DNA of 64,000 bases from Clostridia bacterium (GTDB lineage Bacteria > Bacillota > Clostridia > Christensenellales > CAG-917), in NCBI GenBank assembly GCA_024405515.1, contig JAKSOR010000003.1:5655-69654 (forward strand), in the 5' to 3' direction. The position numbers and the translations under genes are program-made. A model generated the notes under the pieces. That model saw only the letters and a list, made by a program, of their open reading frames with translations. It had not been told where the DNA came from and did not search any database. Shown here one piece after another: positions 8,405 to 17,887 of this stretch (position 1 is its first letter; the number at the start of each line of letters is the position of its first letter).

Positions 8405-8869
8405 ATGCAGAAAACATATCAGATGACCCTTGAGGGAAAATTAGACTTAGAGAAAGAATTAGAGCGTTTAACAACTGTTGTACGTAATGAAATAAACGAA
8501 GCTCTTAAGTTTGCACGTTCAAACGGAGACTTAAGTGAAAACGCTGATTATTCAGCAGCTATCGAAGCACGTAACCATAACGAAGACAGAATTGCAGAGA
8601 TTGAAGAACAGTTAAATCACTGCGAAATCGTTAAAGCAAATGCTAATGAAATCAGTATCGGCAGCACAGTTGAACTTAAATATATCAATGACGATGAAGA
8701 TATGACAATCTACATTGTAGGTGCAACCGAAGCAGATTATTTCAGTGGCAAAATTTCCAATGAATCACCTCTTGGCAAAGCACTTATCGGTCATAAGAAA
8801 GGCGATAAGATTTCCTTCGAAGTGAACGGAAACGTTGAAGAGTACAAAATAATCAGTATTAAGGCATAA
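8405..8869 (+). CDS. greA: transcription elongation factor GreA
   Basis: 154 aa with a coiled-coil N-terminus, GDLSENADYSAA and a C-terminal SPLGKALIGHKKGD. Confidence 0.9.
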   Translation: MQKTYQMTLEGKLDLEKELERLTTVVRNEINEALKFARSNGDLSENADYSAAIEARNHNEDRIAEIEEQLNHCEIVKANANEISIGSTVELKYINDDEDMTIYIVGATEADYFSGKISNESPLGKALIGHKKGDKISFEVNGNVEEYKIISIKA

Positions 8870-8895
8870 TACATTTAAAACAAGACCTATCACTT

Positions 8896-8920
8896 AACTA
8901 GTGTCCAAGGCACTAGTTTT
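8896..8920 (+). terminator. hairpin (partial terminator/attenuator) between greA and lysS
   Basis: aactagtg (8896-8903) pairs with cactagtt (8911-8918) with a 7-nt loop, followed by tt. The T-tract is short, so read-through is likely. Confidence 0.4.
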
Positions 8921-8943
8921 GCATTATCTTAAGGAGAAATATA

Positions 8944-10452
8944 ATGGCTGACAATAATCAGAACAACATGAACAACCAGCAGGAACAGGAAGTTGATATT
9001 AACGCTGTCAGAAAAGTTAGAATTGACAAACTTAATGAACTTGTCGCAAACGGACAGAATCCGTTTGAAATAGTGTCTTTCCCAAGAACAGCAACTGCAG
9101 GAGCAGTACAGGCAGATTTTGAGAAATACGAAGGCAAAGAAGTAGCTGTAGCCGGAAGACTCGTCTCAAAACGAATAATGGGCAAAGCAAGTTTTGGTCA
9201 CATAATGGATTCTGACGGAAAACTTCAGGGATATTTTTCCAGAGATGATATGGGTGTCGATGAATATCAGGCATTTAAGAAATATGATGTCGGCGATATT
9301 ATCGGTATGGAAGGAATTGTTTTCAAGACACAGACAGGAGAAATTTCGGTTCATGTCAAAAAGGTTACACTTTTAACAAAATCACTTCTTCCGCTTCCTG
9401 AAAAATTCCACGGACTTAAGGATCCTGAACTCAGATTCAGAATGAGATACGTTGATCTTATCGCAAATCCTGAGGTCAAAGATGTTTTTGTAAAGAGAAG
9501 CAGAATAATTTCATCTATCCGTGAACTCCTTGATAATAAGGGATTTATAGAAGTTGAGACACCTATTCTTAATACTCTTGCAGGCGGAGCAAATGCACGT
9601 CCGTTCATTACACATCACAATACACTTGATATTGATATGTATATGAGAATAGCAACCGAACTCCACTTAAAGAGATGTATAGTAGGCGGTTTCGAAAAGG
9701 TATATGAAATCGGTCGTCAGTTCAGAAATGAGGGAATGGATCCAAAGCATAATCCTGAATTCACAACAATCGAACTTTATCAGGCATATGTCGATTACCA
9801 TGAGATGATGAACATTGCTGAGGAAATCTGTGCAAACGCATGTGAGAAAGTTTGCGGAACTCTTGATATTGAGTACCAGGGACAGCAGCTTTCATTAAAG
9901 ACTCCTTGGGAGCGTTTAACAATGGTTGATGCAGTAAAGAAATACACAGGACTTGATTTTAATAACGACGACCTTGCATATCTTATTAAGAAAGGCAATG
10001 AAATGGGCCTTGATATGAAGGAAGATACAAGCTGGGGCAATGCACTTTATAATATCTTCGATGCATTCGTAGAAGAAAAACTCGTAGGACCAGTATTTAT
10101 TACAGATTATCCTGTTGAGGTATCTCCTCTTGCAAAGAAGAAACCATCTGATCCAAGACTTACAGAAAGATTTGAGTTCTTTATCTGTGCAACAGAATAC
10201 GGCAATGCATTCAGCGAACTCAATGACCCTATTGATCAGCGTTCAAGATTTGAGCAGCAGATGCTTGCTAAAGTTAACGGAGATGAAGAGGCTCAGCCTT
10301 ATGATGAAGACTTCTGTACGGCCCTTGAATACGGTATGCCACCAACAGGCGGACTCGGAATAGGAATCGACAGACTTGTTATGCTTCTTACTAACTCATA
10401 TTCAATAAGGGATGTCCTTCTTTTCCCGACAATGAGGCCATTAAACAAATAA
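8944..10452 (+). CDS. lysS: lysine--tRNA ligase (class II)
   Basis: 502 aa with an OB-fold N-domain and class II motifs (FRNEG, GGLGIGIDRLVM). The greA-lysS adjacency is typical of Firmicutes. Confidence 0.92.
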   Translation: MADNNQNNMNNQQEQEVDINAVRKVRIDKLNELVANGQNPFEIVSFPRTATAGAVQADFEKYEGKEVAVAGRLVSKRIMGKASFGHIMDSDGKLQGYFSRDDMGVDEYQAFKKYDVGDIIGMEGIVFKTQTGEISVHVKKVTLLTKSLLPLPEKFHGLKDPELRFRMRYVDLIANPEVKDVFVKRSRIISSIRELLDNKGFIEVETPILNTLAGGANARPFITHHNTLDIDMYMRIATELHLKRCIVGGFEKVYEIGRQFRNEGMDPKHNPEFTTIELYQAYVDYHEMMNIAEEICANACEKVCGTLDIEYQGQQLSLKTPWERLTMVDAVKKYTGLDFNNDDLAYLIKKGNEMGLDMKEDTSWGNALYNIFDAFVEEKLVGPVFITDYPVEVSPLAKKKPSDPRLTERFEFFICATEYGNAFSELNDPIDQRSRFEQQMLAKVNGDEEAQPYDEDFCTALEYGMPPTGGLGIGIDRLVMLLTNSYSIRDVLLFPTMRPLNK

Positions 10453-10479
10453 AAAGACATAAATAATAATAACAACAAG

Positions 10480-10504
10480 ATGCCCTGCGAGTCAGGGCAT
10501 TTTA
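10480..10504 (+). terminator. intrinsic terminator after lysS
   Basis: atgccctg (10480-10487) pairs with cagggcat (10493-10500) with a 5-nt loop, followed by tttat. Confidence 0.7.
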
Positions 10505-10551
10505 TATGCACAAAAAACACGAATTATGGAAATATGCAAACGCCCGAAAAA

Positions 10552-10738
10552 TTGTCCACATTTCATACAAACTGAATGATATTTAAAAAGCTATTTGAAA
10601 TATGATAAAAAAGCGGTGTTTTAAGCGTTTAAACATATATTTTCAGCGGAAATTACAAAAATACAACAAGTAAAATGCACGCTTTTCCACCGACTTATCC
10701 ACAAAATGCATACGAAATGTGGATAACTATGGGGATAA
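10552..10738. promoter_or_regulatory. DnaA-box cluster in AT-rich intergenic region
   Basis: Perfect TTATCCACA at 10695-10703 and its perfect reverse complement TGTGGATAA at 10718-10726. One-mismatch boxes are tggggataa (10730-10738) and ttgtccaca (10552-10560). Confidence 0.6.
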
Positions 10739-10788
10739 GTGCCGATTTTTATTCATTTTTCTTCAAATATGTACTAATGGGCTGAATT

Positions 10789-10797
10789 TGGTATAAT
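10789..10797 (+). promoter_or_regulatory. extended -10 promoter element upstream of glycerate kinase
   Basis: TGgTATAAT at 10789-10797, 24 nt before the ATG at 10822. No good -35 element. Confidence 0.45.
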
Positions 10798-10821
10798 ATA
10801 CAGTATAAGAAGGTCAGAAAT

Positions 10822-11904
10822 ATGAAAATAGTCATAGCTACAGACAGTTTTAAAGGGACTCTTTCCTCTGAGGAAGTAGAGAGAATTTTAAAGGAAGAAA
10901 TCTCCAAAAGGACTAACTATGAGTTAGTCTGTGTTCCTATTGCCGATGGAGGAGAGGGACTTGTTGAGTGCTTCGGCAAAATAAAAGGCGGGAAAATAAT
11001 CAATCTTTATGTAACTGGACCGAATTTTAATAAGACTGAAGCAAAATATCTTTTGTCCGGTGAAGATGCATATATAGAGATGGCTGAGGCATGCGGACTG
11101 CCAAAAGCCAATCCGAAAGATACAAAAGAAGTCACAACATATGGTGTAGGCGAACTGATAAAAGATGCTTTACAAAAGGGAGCAAAGAATATTTATTTAG
11201 GACTTGGTGGCAGTGCATCTACTGACGGCGGGTGCGGAATGGCTGCGGCATTAGGCACTGAATTTTATGATAAAGAATGCAGAAAATTTGTTCCTGTAGG
11301 CAAAAATCTTTGTGATATCAAAAGGATAGTATTTAACAGAAACATCACTTTAACTGCTCTTTGTGATGTGAAAAACCATATGTATGGTGAAAATGGAGCG
11401 GCGTATGTGTTTGCTCCTCAGAAGGGAGCAAACCCGGATGATGTGAAGATGCTTGATGCCGGTCTGAGACATCTTGCTGATATATTCGGAGAGTATGGCA
11501 TACAGAATTTTGACGTGGAAGGCAGCGGTGCAGCCGGTGCAATGGGAGCAGGTGTCATTGCATTCTTCAACGGAAAATTAAAGAGAGGGATAGATGCTGT
11601 TCTTGATGCTCTTTCATACGACGAAATTGTTTCTGATGCGGATGTCGTTATTACCGGGGAAGGGTCGCTCGATTCCCAGAGTTTTTCAGGCAAAGTCATA
11701 GACGGTATTATTTCAAGAAGCAAAAATGCAAAAATTATCGGAGTAGTAGGCATTAGTCTGATTGATAATCCTGAAAAATACGGGATTTCCAAAGTGTTTG
11801 AAACCAATTTTGAGCACAGACCATTTGAAGAGATTAAAAAAACAGCACAGTCCGACCTTAGGAACTGTGCCGTGAAAGTGGCTGAATATCTTTTAACCCT
11901 TTAA
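10822..11904 (+). CDS. glxK: glycerate kinase
   Basis: MKIVIATDSFKGTLSS...PIADGGEG at the N-terminus and ITGEGSLDSQS are glycerate kinase family signatures. Confidence 0.85.
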   Translation: MKIVIATDSFKGTLSSEEVERILKEEISKRTNYELVCVPIADGGEGLVECFGKIKGGKIINLYVTGPNFNKTEAKYLLSGEDAYIEMAEACGLPKANPKDTKEVTTYGVGELIKDALQKGAKNIYLGLGGSASTDGGCGMAAALGTEFYDKECRKFVPVGKNLCDIKRIVFNRNITLTALCDVKNHMYGENGAAYVFAPQKGANPDDVKMLDAGLRHLADIFGEYGIQNFDVEGSGAAGAMGAGVIAFFNGKLKRGIDAVLDALSYDEIVSDADVVITGEGSLDSQSFSGKVIDGIISRSKNAKIIGVVGISLIDNPEKYGISKVFETNFEHRPFEEIKKTAQSDLRNCAVKVAEYLLTL

Positions 11905-12774
11905 GAAAGGAATTACGTCCTTCATTGTTCTTTCTCCCTCATCATAGAGGAAAATATGACCGGATCCTTCGTAGGTGATGAGCTGCATCTCAGGAAGGAT
12001 TTTTTTCATTGTTTCCGCCTGATAATAAGGCATGGTTTTATCTGCAGTTCCCCAGATTACCAAAACTGGTATTTTGGCTTTTGCTACACCTTTGTATCCC
12101 TCGGTATCTTCTTCAAAATTGAGAATGGTATGTCTTAAACTTGAAAGAGTACATGCCGGCATGCCTTTATACTGTGTGCAGAAGGCAAACTTTTCCATAT
12201 AATCTTCTTTTACCTTGTCTCCGCTGTATATGATTTCTTTTGCACAGTTTTTGGTGAGTGTCTTTGCTCCGAAACAGTTAAAAATGAATTCTCCGAGCCC
12301 AGGGAGTTTTGCAAGTTTCATATAGAACGGTGCTTTGAAAACCATTCCGGCCGGAGCAAGAAGAACAAGTTTTTCCACTTTGTCAGGATGGGCTGCAGCA
12401 TAAGTCGTGGTAATGGTTCCTCCCATCGATGTTCCGAAAAGGACAAAACTCTTATCTCCTATGACAGCTTTTGTTATTTCATCAAGCTGGGAGGCAAAAA
12501 GCTGCGGGGTATACGGGCCTTTTACTCTTTCGGAAAGTCCTCTGCCGAGAAGGTCATATCTCAGAATTTTGTAACCTTCTTTTATCAGTCCGTTCGCAAC
12601 TTTGTCATAAATGAAGTACGGGGTCGCATATCCGTGGACAAGAACCGCCCATTTTTCACCTTCACCTTCAACAGAATAATGTGTATTTCCTGACGGAAGA
12701 TCAATAAAAGATCCGAACAGATTTTTCCTTGCTTCATCATCTAAAACCAGTGAATTTGCTTTGTATTTTTCCAT
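11893..12774 (-). CDS. alpha/beta-fold hydrolase
   Basis: Start placed at the internal ATG (MEKYKAN), preceded by gagaggtg. Nucleophile elbow GTSMGG, HGYATP and a C-terminal GSGHIF. Confidence 0.7.
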   Translation of the reverse strand: MEKYKANSLVLDDEARKNLFGSFIDLPSGNTHYSVEGEGEKWAVLVHGYATPYFIYDKVANGLIKEGYKILRYDLLGRGLSERVKGPYTPQLFASQLDEITKAVIGDKSFVLFGTSMGGTITTTYAAAHPDKVEKLVLLAPAGMVFKAPFYMKLAKLPGLGEFIFNCFGAKTLTKNCAKEIIYSGDKVKEDYMEKFAFCTQYKGMPACTLSSLRHTILNFEEDTEGYKGVAKAKIPVLVIWGTADKTMPYYQAETMKKILPEMQLITYEGSGHIFLYDEGERTMKDVIPFLKG

Positions 12775-12915
12775 AAACACCTCTCGATAATTAGTGTAGA
12801 ATTGTGTGGCATAATTGTCAATAACCTGCATTTTTACGTGCATGCACGGGCGAAATATGCTTATTCGGTCAATAAACTTGATTCACGCGCACATTTGAAT
12901 TATAATTCTTCTATT

Positions 12916-13332
12916 ATGACAAATACATTCGCATACGCAAGCGCAAAAGTCCTTAACAGGCACAAAGACGAACAAGAAATAGCACTTATCCTTAAAGATA
13001 TTGACAATGCAAAACAGGGCGTCATGACTTTTTCCAAAGAAGTAAAAAAGTATATGCTTCAGTTTATCCATAAGCGTTATGACAATAACGAGGAAGTGAA
13101 CGGAATCATCGAAGTTCTCAAAAACTGGAGTAAATATGAGTCCTTTGCACAGTTTGAAATATTCCAGCTTCAGGATGAATGTTACTTCTGGTATGATTTT
13201 CTCCATGCTTACGGAGTATGGAAAGTTATAGGCATGGTTTATGGCTTTGAAGATGAAGAGGATGCACTTAAAGTTTTAATAAGATTATTCAAAATGGATG
13301 ACAGTATTTTTAAAGAATACCCGGAAATATAG
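12916..13332 (+). CDS. hypothetical protein (138 aa)
   Basis: Long open frame in AT-rich DNA. First ATG is at 12916; the ORF-track start at 12802 overlaps the divergent hydrolase. No SD and no recognisable motif. Confidence 0.4.
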   Translation: MTNTFAYASAKVLNRHKDEQEIALILKDIDNAKQGVMTFSKEVKKYMLQFIHKRYDNNEEVNGIIEVLKNWSKYESFAQFEIFQLQDECYFWYDFLHAYGVWKVIGMVYGFEDEEDALKVLIRLFKMDDSIFKEYPEI

Positions 13333-13340
13333 GTGATAAC

Positions 13341-14777
13341 ATGATGACAGTAAGAACAAGATTTGCACCATCCCCGACGGGATTTATGCACATAGGTAAC
13401 TTAAGAACAGGCTTATATGCTTACCTGTTTGCTAAGAAAAACAACGGCACTTTCATTCTCAGAATTGAGGATACGGATCAGGAAAGAAAAGTAGAGGGCG
13501 CAGTGGATATGATTTACAGAACCCTTGAAACTGCCGGTATCACATACGATGAAGGTCCTGATAAGGATGCAGGATACGGTCCGTATGTTCAGACAGAAAG
13601 AATGGGTATTTACAAGGAATACGCAGAAAAACTGGTTGAACTCGGCGGAGCATATTACTGTTTCTGCACCAAGGAAAGACTTGAAACTCTTGTTGATGAG
13701 AACGGAAACCATACATATGACAAGCACTGCAGAAATCTTTCTGAGGAAGAAATCAAAAAGCATCTTGATAACGGAGACCCATATGTAATAAGACAAAAAG
13801 TCCCTGAAAATGTCGTATCCAGTTATGAGGATATGGTTTTCGGAGAAGTAAGTGTTGAGTCAAAAGATATTGAAGACGGAGTCCTTTTAAAATCCGATGG
13901 TCTTCCGACATATAATTTTGCCAACGTGGTAGATGATCATCTTATGGGCATATCCCATGTAATCAGGGGAACAGAATATTTAAGTTCCACACCTAAATAC
14001 AATCTTATCTATGATGCATTCGGCTGGGAGAGACCAAACTATATGCACCTCATGCCGATTATGAAAGATGCACAGAGAAAGCTTTCAAAACGTTATGGTG
14101 ATGCAAACTTTGAGGACTTTATTTCAAAAGGATATCTTCCTGAAGCTATTATCAACTATATAGCACTTCTCGGATGGTGTCCGAAAGATAACAGGGAAAA
14201 ACTCAGTATGGAAGAACTTATAGAGTCTTTCGATATCGATGGTTTATCCCACTCTCCGTCTATTTTTGATGAAACAAAGATGCGCTGGTTAAACGGCGAA
14301 TATCTTAAGGCAATGTCACCTGATGAGTTCTATGCAAAGGCAGAACCATGGATTGAAAAGGGAATAGATGGAAAAGATTACGATAAGAAAGAAATAGCAC
14401 TTCTTTTACAGACAAGAATAGACATTCTTTCCGATATCCCTGAAAAGATAGCATTCCTTAACAACTTTAAGGAATATGATACAAACATGTTCATTCATCA
14501 GAAAATGAAAGTTGATTTTGAAGTTGCAAAGAAAGCAATTGATATTGCCACAGATGCACTTAAGGATTTTGATGACTGGACAGAAGACGGAATCAAAGAA
14601 CAGATCAAAGCCTGTGCCGAAAGCGCAGGAATGAAGAGCGGACAGGTTATGTTTACCATGAGAGTGGCTTTAACGGGTGAACCTGTAACCCCGGGCGGTG
14701 CAATTGAAATGGCAGTTGTCCTCGGAAAAGAAGAAACATTAAGAAGACTTGCATTCTCTAAGGAACTTATCAAGTAA
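13341..14777 (+). CDS. gltX: glutamate--tRNA ligase
   Basis: RFAPSPTGFMHIGNLRT (HIGH-type motif) and KLSKRYG (KMSKS). 478 aa. Confidence 0.92.
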   Translation: MMTVRTRFAPSPTGFMHIGNLRTGLYAYLFAKKNNGTFILRIEDTDQERKVEGAVDMIYRTLETAGITYDEGPDKDAGYGPYVQTERMGIYKEYAEKLVELGGAYYCFCTKERLETLVDENGNHTYDKHCRNLSEEEIKKHLDNGDPYVIRQKVPENVVSSYEDMVFGEVSVESKDIEDGVLLKSDGLPTYNFANVVDDHLMGISHVIRGTEYLSSTPKYNLIYDAFGWERPNYMHLMPIMKDAQRKLSKRYGDANFEDFISKGYLPEAIINYIALLGWCPKDNREKLSMEELIESFDIDGLSHSPSIFDETKMRWLNGEYLKAMSPDEFYAKAEPWIEKGIDGKDYDKKEIALLLQTRIDILSDIPEKIAFLNNFKEYDTNMFIHQKMKVDFEVAKKAIDIATDALKDFDDWTEDGIKEQIKACAESAGMKSGQVMFTMRVALTGEPVTPGGAIEMAVVLGKEETLRRLAFSKELIK

Positions 14778-14780
14778 TTT

Positions 14781-16661
14781 ATGGTAAAGAGCAGCAAACT
14801 GATAATAAGCATTGTGCTTATGACAGCACTTATCTGTGTAGCGGTTATCTCGGCTACGCCTGCTGTATCATACGCTGAAGCGGAAGTTGCCGGTACATAC
14901 GGCGGAACAGATGCTTCTTCGCTGTGGTACTATGGCGCGGATTATCTTAATCTTAGCGCAGCAAAGGAAATTATTTCCTCCTGGGATAATACGGTTTTAA
15001 GAACAATAAGTCCTGTATATATAGCAGTTATTGATACTGGAATCACAACGCAGCACGAGATTTTCAGTGATACCCTGGCAACTAATTCCTCAGGTACGGT
15101 TCTCGGATATAATGCATACGCATCAAGAACAGGCGGGGATACGACTAATATATCGGACACCGTAAACTATCACGGGACCGGAGTAGCCGGAGTCATTGCC
15201 ATGCTTATTAAAGAGTTCGGGCTCCAGGACTATATAAAGATTTATCCTATCAAAGCCAATACGGCATCAAACGATTCTTTTTCTGTTGAATCAGTTGTGG
15301 CAGCACTTAACTGGGCAGTAAAAGACGGAATAAACGTGGATGTCATTAATATGTCATTCGGAACACTGAAAGCAGATAATCCGGACTGGTCAACAAATCC
15401 GTCACTTAAAGAAGCAATAATAAATGCGGCGGCAAGTGCGGTTGTTGTTTCGGCGGCAGGCAATAACTCAAAAGACAGTGCTTCGGACAGCAAAAATGTA
15501 TTTTATCCGGCAGGTCTTGACGGAGTTGTATCCGTAATGGGATACGGTAAAAACGGAAAAGTATATTCCACTTCGAACTATGGCAGTGCATATGACATTA
15601 TTGCTCCTGGCGAAGAGATTTATACTGCATCCAATTATGTGAAAGAAACAAAAATTTCAAGATACGAAAATATAAAAGGCACATCAGTTGCTGCTCCGAT
15701 GGTTTCATTCGGCGCCGCACTTCTGAAGCTCCGCCTTCTTTACGAGGGGCAGTTAAGAAATACTCTTAACGGAAACAAAATTGCAAGAATGATAACAAAT
15801 CTTAACGGAAATAAGGTTTCAAAAGATACATACTCATTCACGGCAATTGATTACAATACACTTCTGACACAGGATTTCAGTTCTTCATCTTATGACTATC
15901 TGAATCCTACAGATATTTACCTTACGTATCCTACAGAAAACTTTGACACAGAACATATGGCATTTTATATGGTGGCTGACAGTATCAAGGAAATTAAGTT
16001 CACTGCAGTAATCCAGCCATACGGAAAGACAAATCCTGATCTTGATGATGTTGTTGAATGGTATGTCATGGATAACCGTTCAGGAGAGAAACTCATAGGC
16101 AGAGGTCTTAATCTGACTTATGCCCCTGAAAAAGGCGGTCAGTATAAAATTGTCGCAAAGTTAAAATATGATCAGGTAACGTATTCTGATGAAATTGCAT
16201 GGAATATTGATTTTCTCCCGTTCTTTGCATCTGAGGCCAGAGTTACACTCCTTGATTATCAGGACAGCGATGTGACAGTTGCACCTAATGCTGGAATCAC
16301 ATATACGGGAGATGAAACAGTGCTTTCCCTGACAGGAATCAGATACTGTGATACAAGCACAGGAATCAAGTGGTTTGTTAACGGAGAGTACGCAGGAGAC
16401 GGCGAGACATTCAAGTTCAGCACAAAGAAAACCGGCGTATACAATATTTCCTGCGAGTTTGAGGGAACAAAAATTGAAAACGGATATTCATTTGCCCTTA
16501 CGGTAAAGTCAGCTGCAGAAAAACCTCTTAATATTGCCCTCATTTCAGTAGGATGTGTTGCAGCTCTTCTTATTGTGGCACTTCTTGCTGTGTATTTTGT
16601 AAAAGAATCAAAAAAGAAAAATATTCTCAGAAAAAATCTGATGAATGAAGAATATAAATAA
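14781..16661 (+). CDS. subtilisin-like (S8) serine protease with signal peptide and C-terminal TM anchor
   Basis: Catalytic triad contexts are AVIDTGI (Asp), YHGTGVAG (His) and GTSVAAP (Ser). N-terminal signal peptide. C-terminal ALISVGCVAALLIVALLAVYFV followed by KESKKKN. Confidence 0.85.
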   Translation: MVKSSKLIISIVLMTALICVAVISATPAVSYAEAEVAGTYGGTDASSLWYYGADYLNLSAAKEIISSWDNTVLRTISPVYIAVIDTGITTQHEIFSDTLATNSSGTVLGYNAYASRTGGDTTNISDTVNYHGTGVAGVIAMLIKEFGLQDYIKIYPIKANTASNDSFSVESVVAALNWAVKDGINVDVINMSFGTLKADNPDWSTNPSLKEAIINAAASAVVVSAAGNNSKDSASDSKNVFYPAGLDGVVSVMGYGKNGKVYSTSNYGSAYDIIAPGEEIYTASNYVKETKISRYENIKGTSVAAPMVSFGAALLKLRLLYEGQLRNTLNGNKIARMITNLNGNKVSKDTYSFTAIDYNTLLTQDFSSSSYDYLNPTDIYLTYPTENFDTEHMAFYMVADSIKEIKFTAVIQPYGKTNPDLDDVVEWYVMDNRSGEKLIGRGLNLTYAPEKGGQYKIVAKLKYDQVTYSDEIAWNIDFLPFFASEARVTLLDYQDSDVTVAPNAGITYTGDETVLSLTGIRYCDTSTGIKWFVNGEYAGDGETFKFSTKKTGVYNISCEFEGTKIENGYSFALTVKSAAEKPLNIALISVGCVAALLIVALLAVYFVKESKKKNILRKNLMNEEYK

Positions 16662-16678
16662 ATCCGGAGGAGTGGGCA

Positions 16679-17224
16679 GTGGGATTATCTAAAGAAGAAT
16701 TAGACAGTTTAATGCTCAGACTCCAGAGAGGCGATGAGAAAGCCTTTGAGGATATTTATAACGATACAAAGAGAGGACTTTTTGCATTCATATTCACAAT
16801 CTGCAAAAATCATGAAACCGCAGAGGATATGATGCAGATAACATACATAAAACTCAGAAAGACCATTGCTTCATATAAAGCGGGAGCAAACGCATACGCC
16901 TGGCTTTACACCATAGCAAAGAACACGACTCTTAACGAGATAACGAAAAGAAAAAGAGAAGTGGCCACCGATATGGAAGACGGCAATGCAAAATATGGTT
17001 ACTACACGATGGAAGATACCGATACCCCGATTATGACAATGATGAACAAAGTTCTGGGAGATGAGGAGAGACAGATAGTAACGCTGCATGTTCTTTCCGG
17101 GTTCAAGCACAGGGAAATAGCCGAGATGCTTGACAAACCGCTCGGAACTGTACTGTGGGCATATAACAACGCACTTTCAAAACTGAAGAAAGCAATAGAG
17201 AAGGAGAACAGAGATGAAAATTAA
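16679..17224 (+). CDS. ECF-type RNA polymerase sigma factor
   Basis: GTG start 8 nt after ggagg. Region 2-like FEDIYNDTKRGLFAFIF...AEDMMQITYIKL and region 4 HTH ERQIVTLHVLSGFKHREIAEMLDKPLGTV. 181 aa. Confidence 0.85.
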   Translation: MGLSKEELDSLMLRLQRGDEKAFEDIYNDTKRGLFAFIFTICKNHETAEDMMQITYIKLRKTIASYKAGANAYAWLYTIAKNTTLNEITKRKREVATDMEDGNAKYGYYTMEDTDTPIMTMMNKVLGDEERQIVTLHVLSGFKHREIAEMLDKPLGTVLWAYNNALSKLKKAIEKENRDEN

Positions 17225-17882
17225 GGACATAGAGAAATGTCTAAAAAAAGAAAATGACAAAGTCATTGTTCCGGATGTCCTTGATACAGTCAAGGCTACT
17301 CCGATAAACAGACTGCTAACGGGTGAAACTCCGGTTCAGGCTTTCAAAAAGCAGCTTGCAATGCAGCTTCTTATCATCACGGTCGGGATTGTTATTGTGG
17401 CCTTCGTTGCTTTTGCCGCACTTGCATTTGTTAATCCGAAGGACACCATAGGTCCTGATGCATACTGCTCATTTAATATAAGCGGTTCCGAATCATTAAG
17501 GTACGGGATGGTTATAGGTGCTGACGGCACGGTGAAACTTCTTGTGAAAGAAACAACAGGAGAAGCACTTGAACAGTATACAGGATATGAACTCAAGTCA
17601 TGCATAGAAAGCATTTATACGCCTTCATCTATGGATAAGGTTTCATTCTATGTGATGTGTTCAAAATCTGATCTCGGTTCATACTGGTGCCGTGAAGCGG
17701 TTAATGATGTTCTTTCAATGTGTATAAACGGAAAGGAAATAAGTCAGGTAACATCTTTCCAAGGGAAAGAAAATGAACTGATAACATATATTAATTCAAA
17801 AGTCGATGAAAGCGGTAAGGTAAGTGCTGCCACTGATGCAGACAGCATCATAGCACTTTATCTGAAACTTGTCAGGGGATAA
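17214..17882 (+). CDS. putative single-pass anti-sigma factor (no zinc-binding ZAS motif)
   Basis: Overlaps the sigma gene by 11 nt. ~50-aa cytoplasmic N-terminus, one TM (LLIITVGIVIVAFVAFAALAFV) and a ~150-aa extracytoplasmic domain. The call rests on position and topology only. Confidence 0.45.
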   Translation: MKIKDIEKCLKKENDKVIVPDVLDTVKATPINRLLTGETPVQAFKKQLAMQLLIITVGIVIVAFVAFAALAFVNPKDTIGPDAYCSFNISGSESLRYGMVIGADGTVKLLVKETTGEALEQYTGYELKSCIESIYTPSSMDKVSFYVMCSKSDLGSYWCREAVNDVLSMCINGKEISQVTSFQGKENELITYINSKVDESGKVSAATDADSIIALYLKLVRG

Positions 17883-17887
17883 ACATT

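Noticed and set aside
10505-10821. I considered whether the DnaA-box cluster marks the chromosomal origin (oriC).
   Set aside because: No dnaA, dnaN, rpmH, gidA or parAB genes flank it. Gene orientation is predominantly plus-strand on both sides with no strand-bias switch, and I saw no clear tandem AT-rich 13-mer unwinding element. I kept it as a non-oriC DnaA-box cluster.
11893-11904. 12-nt convergent overlap of the glycerate kinase and alpha/beta hydrolase 3' ends.
   Set aside because: Small 3' overlaps of convergent genes are common. No hairpin or other feature suggests functional antisense regulation.
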